A stretch of 64,000 bases of DNA from Bispira polyomma (Eukaryota). Shown piece by piece: positions 35,800 through 48,799 of the stretch (within the stretch, counting starts at the first letter, position 1; each line of letters begins with the position of its first letter). The stretch lies in the NCBI GenBank assembly GCA_965649765.1, contig OZ287748.1, positions 45,260,001 to 45,324,000 of the forward strand, written 5' to 3'. Position numbers and translations under genes: made by a program. The notes beneath the pieces are model-generated. The model was not told the DNA's origin, ran no database searches, and worked only from the letters and a program-made list of their open reading frames with translations.

Positions 35800-36052
35800 T
35801 TGAATTGAATTTGGATATTTAACATCCACTCTAGTACCTGTTTAGGTTATACTGGGACGGGCAGTTTGAAACGCTGGAAGAAACACTGCATACAGTTGAT
35901 CAAGGTTCTACACTGAAACCAGCGGCCCACAGTAAGGAACTACCACTTTTTCCACACAGGCATTGACAGGATTCGAACTCACGCCGCCCAGAGGTGAGAG
36001 ACCAGTGATAGTGAAGCGCAATGCTTGCTAACCACTAGGCCACCGCAGTCCC
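35800..36052 (-). mobile_element. Young tRNA-derived SINE, family A, copy 3
   Basis: Full-length match to 21455-21705. 13-bp TSD CCTGCTAGACAAA (35787-35799) / CCTGCTAGATAAA (36054-36066). Confidence 0.93.
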
Positions 36053-36125
36053 ACCTGCTAGATAAAAGCAAAGACTTTATTTTATACTGAAAGATAATAT
36101 GCTAGTAAGCAGGTACCACATCTTA

Positions 36126-36429
36126 GTGTATGTACACATGTAAGCGGCTTCCGACATCAGACGTCCGATTTGCGGCTGTGATTTTTTGTCTCCTCATATA
36201 TTTTGTTAATTTGTTCACATATGTCAGACTGCGAATTTCGACGCACGATCTGCGGCTTCCGAATGCAAACTTTTCGCTCCAGGACTGAAAAAATCGGATG
36301 AGAATATAAAATCGCACTGTTTAAGGTGATAATTCAATAGTAAGGGGGGGGGGGGCGTGGGGGGGGAGGGGGGCGTCGGAGGGGAGAAGTAAATTGCAAT
36401 TCGCAAGCCGCATACATGTGTACATACAC
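36126..36429 (+). mobile_element. PIF/Harbinger MITE, family H1, copy 2
   Basis: TIR GTGTATGTACACATGTA.GCGGCTT.CGA at both ends. Perfect TTA TSD (36123-36125 / 36430-36432). Internal G-run tract. Confidence 0.92.
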
Positions 36430-37469
36430 TTACAGGAAAACAATTCAGTTTAGTTGTGTACCCTGAATGTACAATGAACATTTTCTGTAATATGTATCTA
36501 ATTACACCCTCATACAGGTGTGTCTTTATATATACATTGTAGTACTACACTGCTGGAAATTATAGAGTTCTACAACTCATTTTACCATAACAGAATGGGA
36601 CATTCTAAAATGACATCTTCACTTACCGGGTGGGTCAAAGAAATCTTGCCATTAACCTTGACCTTGAGAAGCAAGAGTTCATCATTTTTCTAAAGCATCA
36701 CAGGGTTACCTTATAATCAGTGTGAAGGAATTGATCAAATGTTTCTGACAACAGAGAGGCGACCAGTAGCCTTTCTTTAGGGCTTATCTCTATTGTCAGA
36801 AAGTTTTATTTGTTTTGCAAACTAATTATATCAAACTAATTTATCAAATTACAATAGCACCTCTCTTATCCCAACTTCTATTATGAACTAATATTGATTT
36901 GGATATGACTCATTTCCACTCTCCCTTGTCAAATTTCCTATTGTTTTACACAAAAATGCCTCTAATATTTGATGAAACTTCTATCAAATCATTATATCAT
37001 TCTCCAATGGTGCTCTTTTTCTGAAATGCATAATCCTACAACATAGCTTGAATAACACGTTCACATGTTGGTCAAAAATGTTATCTCACCAATATGAGCC
37101 GAGTGATATTAGCACGAGTCGGCCTTCTAATCATAATGGTCATACGAGTACAATATGCTAAATTAACTATACCTAAACTTTCCACAAAAAGCATTGCCCG
37201 TTTACATAATTCCAACAGTCGAACCTTTCTTGTGTCAATTTTTTATTTTTAAATCGAAACATTGACTGGCTAAATGAGTTTGAACAGAGTGTTTGTGTTT
37301 GGTCTTTAAATGTGTTGAATGTAAGAATTTACTATAGTTTATACATGAAAGTGACAAAAATCTGATAATTGTTTTTTTTTATAATAGAGTTTAACCCTAT
37401 AAAACCTAAGCCTGATTTTGTTTAGGACAGTTTTTTTAATTAGTTCCCGAGTCTTTCTGACAAATATGA

Positions 37470-37706
37470 GGGCTGCGGTGGCCTAGTGGTTAGAAGCGCT
37501 TGCTAATAAACACTTAATTGTCCCCTCCCTAATGTGGGTGGGAATCCTGTTTGTTCCTTTATGTGGGAAAATTTGCCAGGTACTCATCATAGGTCAGCGG
37601 TTTACAGTGCTATAGCACTAGTTTTTCTACTATTAAATCTGACTGTCGTGATGTGACCTTAGTTGTTGAAACTGACATAAAAACCCAAATAAATTCATAT
37701 TCTCAA
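37470..37706 (+). mobile_element. Meta-like SINE family B, full length
   Basis: GGGCTGCGGTGGCCTAGTGGTTAG head. About 16-bp TSD TTCTGACAAATATGAG (37455-37470) / TTCTGACAAAGATGAG (37707-37722). Confidence 0.88.
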
Positions 37707-38520
37707 TTCTGACAAAGATGAGCCTAAAACCAGGCTAGCTAGCCCATCGGTCGTGGATATGAAAGAGAAGAAGTGCTTATTGCACGAAGATCGCTGCTCG
37801 CGGGCTAAAGGGACATTAAAGTTATATAACAATGGAGGGCATTTGTTCCATAATGGTCATAAATGTATAATATCTCAATAGCTAGATTTGATTTATAAAC
37901 ATTAACTTCATACTTAGGGCTAATGTGAAGTGTTAGAAGAAAATGTGCATCTTTTCTTAAAAACAAACCCAAAAGGGTTACTTTTTATGGGACCTGTTAT
38001 GGTTGAAGTATTATTTTATGGGTTCTTATGGTGGAAGTATTGAAATAACACTTTACAGTCAATGGTGAGAAAGAAGGAAACAAAGGGTTATGGTTGCCTT
38101 AAAACAAAACACAGTTTTTCAAGGCAGCAATTTAAAACTTAAATGTTTACTTTGGGCTACGATTTTGGCAACTTTGTCAATGATGTTGCGCTTATAGAAG
38201 ATTCCAGGCATCAATCAGGCGTATTAAAAATCTATCATATCATTTCTGTGCAAGCAAAATGTGATGAGATTTTTGATTGCTTGGCATCACCTTTATTGAA
38301 CATTATGGAATTTTGTAACTATGGTGTACAAAATAACAAATTATATCTTAAGTTTTAATCAAATTCCAGTCAGGCTAACCACAAAACATTTGCAGTTTCC
38401 ACAAAAGATTCAGATAAAGCATGCTGTATAAAAAGTAAGCAATTGATGACAAATTATTATTATTATTACCATCAATCTAGAGTATTCTTACATTTGTAAT
38501 TTACCAGCATGTTTAGCTTA

Positions 38521-38792
38521 GTGTATGTGCACATGTATACGGCCTCCGATATCAGACGTCCGATTTTCGACAACAATTTTTTGTCTGCTCATATTTTTTG
38601 TTTATTTGTTTACATGTGTCAGATTACAAATTGTGACACACAATTAGCGGCTTCCAAATCCGAAATTGGGTGAAAATGTAAAATCGCACTCTTTAAGGTG
38701 ATAACCCAATAATTTCATATAAAGAAGATGTGTGTGTGGCGGGGGGCGAAAAATTTCACTTTGCAAATAGGACGTCTGATATATATGTGCAC
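38521..38792 (+). mobile_element. PIF/Harbinger MITE, family H1, copy 3 (older, diverged)
   Basis: Colinear with 36126-36429 (ATCAGACGTCCGATTT; TAAAATCGCACT.TTTAAGGTGATAA). TTA on both flanks. Confidence 0.8.
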
Positions 38793-39331
38793 TTAGACTA
38801 ACTGTTTCTCACATGTAGACAATAGAATCTTGACAGTGACTTTTTATATACAGCTATCCCGTAAGATACAGAATACATTTGGGATATTTCAGCTCAAGCA
38901 ACAGATTAATTTTCCAGTAGAAATACATGTACTTAAGCACATGTGCATGATGTGCACAAAGCCAATAAACCCACGGTTGTTATTAAATTTAAAAATCTTT
39001 CTTTTCTACTTTACACATTTCCAGCATTTACCAGTCCTGACCATCTATCACCTGTCAATACTAAACTGTGTTTGTTTATACAAGTGTTAAAGTTTTTCTG
39101 GGTTTTGGTTTTTGTGGTGACAGATTCAACTGAATGGATAGCCTTGCCCAAGTCTCTCATATTTAATGGCGTACACAGCTTTTTGCATAAATTCTGACTA
39201 AGCTTAGATCATATATCACGATGGTCATATTCAATGGTGGAGGAAACAGTGCTGAAGCACTGTAAACCACTAAGGGCGCCTCCCACTTATGTGAGGTAAA
39301 TAATTGATGCCCGTGCTGGTCTGGTGATTGA

Positions 39332-39896
39332 AGCAAGGTCACACCTAAACGTGTTGGAGCTACTTGTGTGTGACACTTTGAAACGTAGTAGAAGGTAATG
39401 CCAAATTGAGGATTCCTGGTGAGTGAGTTCCATGACGTTGTTTAACGAATTATATTGTTCCGGAAACGTCTCCATTTGGTTGGCTGCAGCGATTATTTCA
39501 AACTCTTTGAAATAATCCTAGCAGAGCTCTCCGTTTCTCAAGGTCGTCTCGTATAAGTACCATATCGTAGGATAACATAGCAGTTAGTAGTGAGATTGTC
39601 TCCACTCATCTATATTCGTCGTAAAACGTTTTACTAAGTATCATAACGAATCCAAATGCACCAATAAGTAGCAGTACATAGTAGTAGGTAGTCATATCCT
39701 ACCAGTAAAGTGTTCGCCTACTAGTAAATTTTTGCCCCCACTAAGTGTGTACGAGTACCAACATTGTCGCAAAACGTCACAAAACATCACAATCGACTGC
39801 ACCTACGTGAAAATGACATCACTTTGACACATAACTACCATGTTTTCAGTTTATATTTCTGTGCTATGTTGTGGGAGTGTAGGTATGACTAGGCTA
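39332..39896 (+). mobile_element. Harbinger-type non-autonomous element, family H2, copy 1
   Basis: Colinear with 45303-45878 (GTCACACCTA.ACGTGTTGGAGCTAC; GTAGTAGGTAGT.ATATCCTACCAGTAAAGTG). Ends GTGTAGGTATGACTAGGCTA-TTA. Confidence 0.8.
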
Positions 39897-41500
39897 TTAG
39901 CTGGTCGCATAAACATCCCTCAAAGTAACCCGTCAATGCCCGATAAAATTTTAAACCCACAGTGATTTACTGGGGTAAGCATACAGCCTTTGCTGAAATG
40001 TAGGATTTTTCTAAATTTCCACAATGAACGCGGCACAGGAGGGGGCAACCCTATACTTTCTTCCATACGTGATGAGACCATATTTTTGAAAACTGACCAT
40101 GACTAAATACAGGAACTATTTGGCGATAAACAGTCATTTCAAACATGCTAGATATGTGCTGGTTAAGCGGAGATAATCACAAGACCAACGTAAAAGTGGG
40201 AGCCCTACATAATTAACTATGCATTGGTGAGAGGCCGATGACGTTTACCTGGACGTTATGCCTAGATATTTTTAACGTTTCTAACCACTAGGCACAAATC
40301 TATTGATGTCTTTCTTCCGTCTAGTCTAGGTGACGAATTTAAAACACTGGAGCTACAAAGGTATACCCTTAAACTTTGCTCAGAACATATGGTGAGGGTG
40401 TAAACTGTAAAGTCGGCTGATCCTCAATAGAGGTGATATGAGACTATAAACCTATACAGATTTACATTTACATGTATAATTCAGGAAAACACTGAATTGT
40501 AACACGATAACCATGTATTGTCGATTCTGATTGGTTCAGTGGTATTTTATCATCATGGTTTTGACACCTAGTAAATAATTCCTTCAGTAACATTATTTAA
40601 TTGTGAATATTTCAAGATTTAGATAAGATTTTTAATCATGTCATGTTAGAATCGTAATCTATTCCAAACCAGTAATATATGAGAATTTTACCAAATTTGG
40701 AGGCGTGTTAAAATTCCCTGAATATTCCTGATTTGTAATGGGTTATTCGGAAGAATTAACACAATATAGTAGACGAGTTTATAGCCTTAGAGAAAGCTAC
40801 TAGTCTCACTGTGGCTAGTGGTGCTGATTTAGCATCTTGTGCATTTATCCATATTTTTTTCTAAATTTTCTATATTTAAAATTTTGCCGGAATTTCATGT
40901 TATTAATTCTTTTCTGTTTTGTAGGTTCTGGTTAGCTGTCACAATTGTCAGAATAAATAACACATCTTGTTTGTCTTTTAAATATGTAACTTTTTTCTGC
41001 CACATAATTGTCATAAAAAGCAAATTTAGGCCCAAATGTCAACAAAAAGGGATGACAGTTATATCAAATGTTATCACAACGAAAACATTAGCCTGATAAC
41101 AGCAATTGGGAAATGTAAATATCTGATGATTAAATAATGCAGTGTAGACGGTCAATTATTATCAGCAATAGCTATCCATCAGAACAGCCTGTTATAATTA
41201 ATTCATGACATGGTCGTTACCTTGGTTGATACCCTATATTAGTGATAAGCAAAGTAGACAAAACTCCAGTCAAATTACCTGTAATCTCTGTATTATAACA
41301 CACTTCAGCAAATGGCATGAGTTTAATAAAAAAAATAATACTTCAGAGGCCAAAGGCTGTCAATGATTACTTTATAGATTTACCTTGTATAAAATTAGGC
41401 ATTCCCAGAAATGTTATTAAAAACCAAGTTATTGTAAGAGGCATAATTTACAAAATAAATACAAGGAAATGTAAATATATGCAGGTTTATAGTATTATGT

Positions 41501-41769
41501 ATTGACATCTCAACCCAGCCTGGGTTATTCCACTTGTCAACCAATTGTTCAGTCTCAGCTCCCCCAGGAAGCATACTAGCTATGCTGATATATACAGTGT
41601 AAATAATACTATCCATTAGCAGCCAGGGATCCATTTATACACCTGGGGAGAGAGGGACAACTTTGTGTAAAGCAACTTATCCAAGGGTACAATCACCAGG
41701 CCAGCAGCGAGGATAAAAACCTAAACCCTTAGCTCCACTGTCAGACACTCTAACCACTAGGCCACAGAG
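41501..41769 (-). mobile_element. CORE-like tRNA SINE, family C
   Basis: Reverse complement begins CTCTGTGGCCTAGTGGTTAGAGTGTCTGAC. CCTTGGATAAG..CTTTAC...CTCTCCCCAGGTGTATAAATGG core. Matches the 1782 and 54708 copies. Confidence 0.82.
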
Positions 41770-43439
41770 AAAACAAGAAATTAACAAATAGGTCCTGTCA
41801 TCGCGTTCAATAACCCTGAGTCTTGCCAATTGACAAAGACAAGAGAGATCCTGAAAAGTCTTTGTCAAAGTCCTTCGGCTGTCTTAAGAGTCCTGATGAG
41901 TCCTGGCTTATCCCCCGTAGTCTGGGTGGATTGCCAACAATATTGCTCCTTTACAGAACTTTCTTGTTCTGGCCACACTTGTTTTAGATCATCATGAGTC
42001 CTTGTGCGTCCTTATTAAGTTGTAAGGCATCGTAGGTCCCTTGTAGGTCTGATCCGGATGGGTCTTTGTTCAAAATGGACAATTTTCTGTACGACAAATC
42101 GTTATTTTCCTTCATTTCCTCGCAAGAGGCAATTGTTTGTTTTATACCAGAATCCCCTGTTTAAAAAAATTATTATAGGTGAGGCTGTGTTTAAAGAAGT
42201 AGTCAGTGGTGTGTGTTTTAGTGACTCCAGCTATGTGTATCCTATTACCCCCAAAAATATCCTTCAGTTCCGAGCTATAGTTTTCTCTTAATGTTGAAAG
42301 TGGTAAACACCCAACTTATGATGCTGAAGTGGTGATTCCACATTCAAGTTCGATCGGCAAAATGGGCCCAACTTTGAGATTGGGGTAGTCGGGGTGAAAA
42401 AGGTGGAAAAATGAAAATGTGGGGCAACCTTGCAGATCAAATTGATTGCATCCTGTTTTGACAGGACTCCGAGCAGGACCAAACTTGAGGTACATACTAA
42501 AACAGACCTGTCCTCCCCGACCCAGGTTAGGATCGAACCTACTAGCGATTGAATCTAATGTATTCGCCGAAGCCAACCTTGCCATCTTTAGAAGTCAGCA
42601 AGGCAAGTCGAGGGACTTTTACAAAATATCAAACATGTTAGATATCCTTTTCGACCTTCCAGACCTTCCAGACCACCCCATTTTAACCCCCAGACATGCC
42701 CCGGACCTCAAAATCGAGAAGGTCGGGAACCAAATCAGCAATGTGGAACCACTATTTAAGGTATGCTAGAAAGGCCAGATATATTCAAGGAATACCATAG
42801 TCCGTAATCTTAATCATTAACTCGAATACTGGGGTATATAAGCTATTTATTCGTACATAGATCACCTTTAACACACTAGTGTAAACATAAAATATGTCAA
42901 CGAATTCTCCTCATGTCAAGATCAATTTTTAAAAAAAACATTTAAACTTACTTCTACACTTTTGTGTACAAAATCACTGACTGAAATATTAGAAATATTT
43001 CAACGTTTCTAACTGATGTGTGCAATAAGTACAGCCAAAGAGGTTTCAAAACAATAGCCTTGAACTTGGCTCAGTCTTACAAAATCTACCATTTTTCCAT
43101 TAAAAACCACATAATGTACTGTTAGAGCAATAAACAAGCTATACAAAGCTACAGAAAGTCCATTCTCCCCATCCAAGTTATCTAAGATTCACATAATATA
43201 TTGACCATCAAATGTTACAAATGTTATTATACATATACACACACATATATATATACATACTAAATAAAAGGTATGGATTTGAAGAGGACCCCTCGGTAGT
43301 GTATAGTGTGATCGGTAGGCTCGAATCTTTGCCTCGGTCCTTTTGTGACCGATGGTCTAACAGAGCAACTACCCTGTTATTGATTTCCTTTACTAGTGAA
43401 CTGTCCATAGTTATATATAGCATAAACGTGTTGAAACAG

Positions 43440-43770
43440 CATCTGTGATCCTACGTGGTTAGGCTGTTGGTTTGATGATGAGAAGATTCTGGATTCAACT
43501 ACTGACACAGACCGCTAGTTTCATTTGGTGCGATAACATCCATGCACAAGATGTGAACAAACATTTGCCTAGTAGATCGGACGACAACTTAAAATGGTGG
43601 TCCTCTGTCACTGACTACTATCTCCTGTGGCAGAATAAAGATCATTAGGGATGTTGATAAATAGTCATCCTCAAGCTTTCGGCGCCCATAGTGGCTGCCC
43701 ATGAGGAAGGGCATTTGTAAAAACGACATTATGTTGTATAAGTGCACTACAATAAATGTTATATTTTATT
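43440..43770 (+). mobile_element. Degenerate tRNA SINE with CORE-like plus Deu/Nin-like domains
   Basis: tRNA-like head (GTGGTTAG...GGATTCAACT), CORE-like block, then CGGACGACAACTTAAAATGGTGGTCCTCTGT...GTGGCAGAATAAAGATC..GGGATGTTGA. L2-like tail (GTGCACTACAATAAATGTTATATTT). Confidence 0.55.
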
Positions 43771-45302
43771 TCATTTTCAAGCAGTATTACATTCAAAACA
43801 AAACTAAAGTATACACCTTACAGATCCAAAAAAAGACTATCAATCTCATCTTGCCAAGATCACTCAGTGAACTTCTAAATCAGTTGAAGCATCAGTTTAG
43901 AATTAGATACACTTATAGAGAATCTGTAGACATGACCCCAGACAAATATGTAATTAAAGTGGCAAAAAACGGGCTCATAACTCTCTCTTAATTGGACAGA
44001 AATCAACTTTGGCAAGAGAGCTGCTCTTTTTCTGTTTGTCAAAACCACGGGTCAAAACAGAACAGTTTGCTCATAATTCAAAACTTTTCATTAAAATAGC
44101 TGAAACCTTAGTAACTGAATGTACTCTGTAAATGGGCCCTAATTAACATATGGGGCACATAAATTGTTAACAATTATGAGTGTGAAAATTTTCTAAAAAT
44201 GAAATCTGCCTTCTAATTATGTATTTCTAAAAACTCCAACAACTTTTTTGTATGCTATGTTAACCAGGAGATATATAAACCTCAGATATTTAAATTGTGA
44301 AAAAGTTTCCATTTCTAATTCACTGAAGCCGTCGCCTATTTTCTTACTTCTTAGTTATATTACATTTAAAATCATCTGGATTTAGTACTTTTCTTTATAT
44401 CAAATGGTATATTTTTTTACTTTTTTTTTTTTTCAATTTTAGAAGTCAAATTATCCTAATTATCCCATTTATTAATTTTTTAATTTTAGTTTTGTAATTA
44501 CTCTAGTACCACTACCCCAAATGTGCTTTAAAACCACTACAGACCCAAAGGCTGTTCCCCCCTCTTCCCCCTCCAATAAAAAAAAGTTAAATTGTTTTTA
44601 AAATTAGTTTTCCTCCCATTAGTGCACGGTGGACGTCATATTACTTACGACTATTACACGATTACCGTGAAAGTCCGCATGTTCTCCCCACTTTTTAAAT
44701 GAAATTGCCACTACACCATTTTCCACCCATAATGCAGACACTTGTTTAGACCCCAAGGCGAGTTTTTATAGGTAAAGCGTGCTTTACCCGTGTGGGGACG
44801 GGTGCTGGTGGTGGGGTGATAATGTAGGATAGACACAAACAAACTCTGGCATGTTGACACGCACTGGAAGAAACGGGTGGGGGTGTTGGGGGTGGGGGTG
44901 TTGGGGGCCTGACTTAAGGCTCCAGAGTTGTGTTAAAAGCATAAAGTTTACCAGATTTTCGTAAACATACTTGTCTATATATACTGTTAATGAGTGGATA
45001 ATCTCCATCTGACTTTGAAGCATATATTTACAGAGTATATAGTTATGCATGAGTATGTTATGCTTATCCCATGTTTATATTTTCTAAAGTTTGTAACTTA
45101 AGGTAGCCTGTCTAACAATCACGAACTTTAAAGCAAGGCTGTGGGAACTTATTTTAAGGGTAAAAAGGGGGGGGGGCTTTTTTACAGGGTTTTCTGTCCT
45201 TAACTAATACAAATAAACAGGATTGTGAAGAGTATTATATGACTTGGGTCTGCCTGTGCAGTCTATTAATTAGTTGATGATACAGTGAAGTTTGCCCTGT
45301 AA

Positions 45303-45878
45303 TAGCCATGTCACACCTACACGTGTTGGAGCTACGTGACGTTTTAAAACATAGTAGAAGGTAATGCAAAAGTGAGGATCCCTGCCGCGTTTGTTACGTG
45401 ACATTGCTTAATGGATGATATCGTGCCGGAAACGTCTCCGTTTAGTATACTGCCACGATTACTTCAAACTGTTTAAAATAATCGTGGCAGCGCTCTCCGG
45501 TTCTCAAGGACATCTCCACTCGTCTGTATATGTAGCATAATGTAGCATAACATAGAATAATGTAGCCGTAAGTAGTAGTAAGTAGTGATATTGTTTCCAC
45601 TCGTCTGTATTCGTCAGAGAACATTTTACTAAGTATCATAACGCAGCCTACGCACCAGTAAGTAGCAGTAGGTAGTAGTAGGTAGTGATATCCTACCAGT
45701 AAAGTGTCAGATTTTTGCCCCCATTCTGTCTGTATAGGTATCAACATCGTGACAAAACGTCACAATCGACTGAACCTTTGTGAAAATGACGTCACTTTGA
45801 CACAAAACTATTACGTTTTCAGTTTATATGGCTTTGCTACTTTGTGGGACGTTAGCACGTGTAGGTGTGACTGGGCCA
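45303..45878 (+). mobile_element. Harbinger-type non-autonomous element, family H2, copy 2
   Basis: TIR TAGCCATGTCACACCTACACGTG / CACGTGTAGGTGTGACTGGGCCA. TAA and TTA flanks (TWA target). Confidence 0.85.
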
Positions 45879-45889
45879 TTATATAAAGT

Positions 45890-46097
45890 ACTGTGGTCCA
45901 GTAGGTAACAGACTCGGCAGGAGACATGGGTTTGATCCCAGTCTGGGGCTCCGAGGTACAAGATCATTACATACAATGGCTCTGGATGGCCAATTAAAAT
46001 TGTGGCCCTCTGCTACGAAGACCTATCCCCCAGTGGCAGGTTAAAGAACGTGTTGGATGTTGACAAATGATCATCCTTGAGTCTCTGTATTTGTAAA
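45890..46097 (+). mobile_element. Degenerate Deu/Nin-like SINE related to 43440-43770
   Basis: GGGTTTGATCCC B-box. TTAAAATTGTGGCCCTCTG...GTGGCAGGTTAAAGAAC..GGATGTTGACAAAT..TCATCCT shared with the 43440 copy. Confidence 0.55.
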
Positions 46098-46597
46098 GGG
46101 GAATGGCCCTGGTGGCCTAGGGGTTAGAAATACCTGCTTCAACAAACTGGGTTTGAATCCCATTTTGTTCCTTTATATGTGAAAGTTTGTCAGGTACTTG
46201 TCGTAGGTCAGTTGTTTCCATTGGCTTCAGCACTGGCTTCAGCACTGGTTTCTTCCACCTTTAAGGGGGCCGCGGTGGCCTAGTGGTTAGCAAGCATTGA
46301 GCTTCACAATCACTGGTCTTTCACCTCTAGGCGGAGTGAGTTCGAATCCTGTCAATGCCTATGTGGGAAAGGTGGTAGTTCCTTACTGTGGGCCGCTGGC
46401 TTCAGTGCAGAACCTTGACCGACTGTATGCAGTGTTTCCTCCAGCGTTTCCAACTACCCGCCCAATATAACCTAAACAGGTACTAAAGTGCACGTTAAAT
46501 ATCCTAATTCAAAATTCCTCCACCTTTAAAATCTGACTGTCGTTATCCAACCTATCAGCTGTTGAAAGTGACCTAAAACCCGAATAAATTCAAATTT
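46098..46597 (+). mobile_element. Meta-like SINE family B, interrupted by a family A SINE
   Basis: The family B sequence ...GGTTTCTTCCACCTTTAA|AATCTGACTGTCG...GCTGTTGAAAGTGAC is split at the TSD. Confidence 0.85.
46265..46518 (+). mobile_element. Young tRNA-derived SINE, family A, copy 4 (nested)
   Basis: Perfect 11-bp TSD TCCACCTTTAA (46254-46264 / 46519-46529). Intact A-box and B-box (GTTCGAATCC). Confidence 0.95.
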
Positions 46598-47624
46598 ATA
46601 TTGGCTGTGGCTGTGAAGTGGAAAATAGGTAAATTAGTGCTTTAAATGTCAGATAAAATGAGATACACTGTACTGAGTAGATATATATCAATACAAATAC
46701 AGCGGCTTGTCCTAAAAAAGGTCAAAAACACCAATGGCACAAAAGGGCCTTATTTGGTGTATTAAACGTATGATACATACATGTAAAAAAAGCATTACTT
46801 ACTTAAGTAAATTAAGTTAATTACTTACTGTAAAGCGTAGTAAATCAAAAATAACACTGGAAAGAAATACATTCATAATATACTTTCATAATTCATGTTT
46901 TAAAGTGACCTCTTTACCAGCATTAAATTAAAAAAAAAAAAAAAACTAGCTATATACCAGTTAAGTTTTGTTAGCAAAACTGACAAATATATATATATAT
47001 AATCTAAAGTCTGTCTAATCCTATTTTACAAATTTTACCACGAATCCCTTAAGATGTCAGCCAGTTCTATGACATTTCAGCCTTGTGACTAAAACGAGCC
47101 CCCAGGGAGCCACAAAAGCACCTTATAGCTATATAACCTGAGCAATTAGACCCCGTCCCATACAGCAGACAGATCTAATATTGTGATAAAAAAGGAGTCT
47201 TTCAGAAAGAAAAAAAAAATAATCTAAGAGCTACTAAATGTGTTCCTTAGGTAGGTAAAATATGTACACTTTTTTAAAGCCCCAGCGAGCACTAATATGT
47301 TATGTAAATTGCATTTGTTGTTGATGTGATAATGGAGACATTTGTGTAGAACATATCTGACTGATAAGAGGGTCTGCATTGTGTCATCTTAAATTCGAGG
47401 TTCCCCCCCCCCCAATTTGTAGAAGATAAATACATTGCTGGTATTCTTTCCTTTTGGACTGTTATTATCTGTGTAACTTTGCTTGTTTTGTATTGATATT
47501 AATACAGCATATATTATTCAACAAGACCAATATTTAGAATAACACACAAAACAAAACACACTTGTAACTCAAATGAAACATTGGACAACTACCAGATATA
47601 CTATAATTTCCATAGAACAACTTG

Positions 47625-48185
47625 GAGGTCCAGATTATTCAAGTAAAATCTCCAGCCTTTTAGAAGTCAACTCCGAGGAAAAGTTATGTGGTGAAAGTCC
47701 TTGGTTATCGCAATAACCTATACTTGTAACCATTCATTTTAGTAGAGCTTTCAACACTGAATTCAAATATGAAGCAATAATTTACATATCATTACTATGG
47801 ACAGTGATATACAGACCACAAATCTGAAGTCATAATTTACATATCATTACCATGGGCAGTGATGTACAGGCTACAAATATGAGCTGACATCCAGGAGGGA
47901 GAGTTTAAGAGATGGAGAGCTATTCTTATATCAATTACAGACACACAGACTGTGTTGTCTCTAAAAACACTCAACCCTGAACTCTGACCTAACTCTATAT
48001 GTGTCAACTCTTGCACAAGGACACTAACCTATACTTTTGACCATTCATTTTAATAGAGCTTTCAGCCCTGAATTCAAATATACAATCGTATTTGATGTAT
48101 CTTCCATCTTGTCGTAGATATGGTGACCTTTGAGTGGAGTTTGAGTTTAAGTCGATATTGATATGTTTGAGAGAAAACTTCCCAG
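47625..48185. mobile_element. Two adjacent degenerate H3-family MITE copies; the first has an internal tandem duplication of about 56 bp
   Basis: ACCTATACTT.T.ACCATTCATTTTA.TAGAGCTTTCA..CTGAATTCAAATAT at 47716 and 48028. ATAATTTACATATCATTAC.ATGG.CAGTGAT.TACAG repeated at about 47777 and 47832. Confidence 0.55.
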
Positions 48186-48799
48186 AGTAACACTATACTA
48201 GCCTTGCTCTGGTGCAATTAGGATTTTTTTCCTACTTTTTGTATGAGCTATAATGAGCCATATTTCACTATCTCTCCTTGTTCATGTCTATTCAAAGACA
48301 CAAAGTTTTAAACAAAAACTAAGTTCTGATCAGCTATGGTTACATTTGTACATTTGCAAGGGCATGGTATAAACTTAAACATCACAGCACAAGGCTAGGC
48401 TAGATTATATATAAGTAATATCCTGGATGTATCAACTTTTGATATAATTTTCAACCATGTGTGATGTCTCTAACCTTTCTTAATGTTCAGTTTTCTGTAG
48501 AAAACCCCCTTGAAATACACATCAACACGTGCTAACAATACATTGCAATGTACCCGTACTGTTATATGTACAGGATATATTTTGTTGTTAATATTATCTC
48601 AGTAGTCTATCACCAACAGACATTTATAATGTTTGGTAAAACCTAAGAAACTACATAGTGTAAGACCTTCGTTAGTATAAATAAGTCATAGAAAATATAC
48701 GCCCGAATATTTTATTTAAATTTACATTAAATTAAACACTAATAAAACAAATATGACGTTTTTAACATATTTAAGGAGGAGTTTTATGGGGTAGGAATA

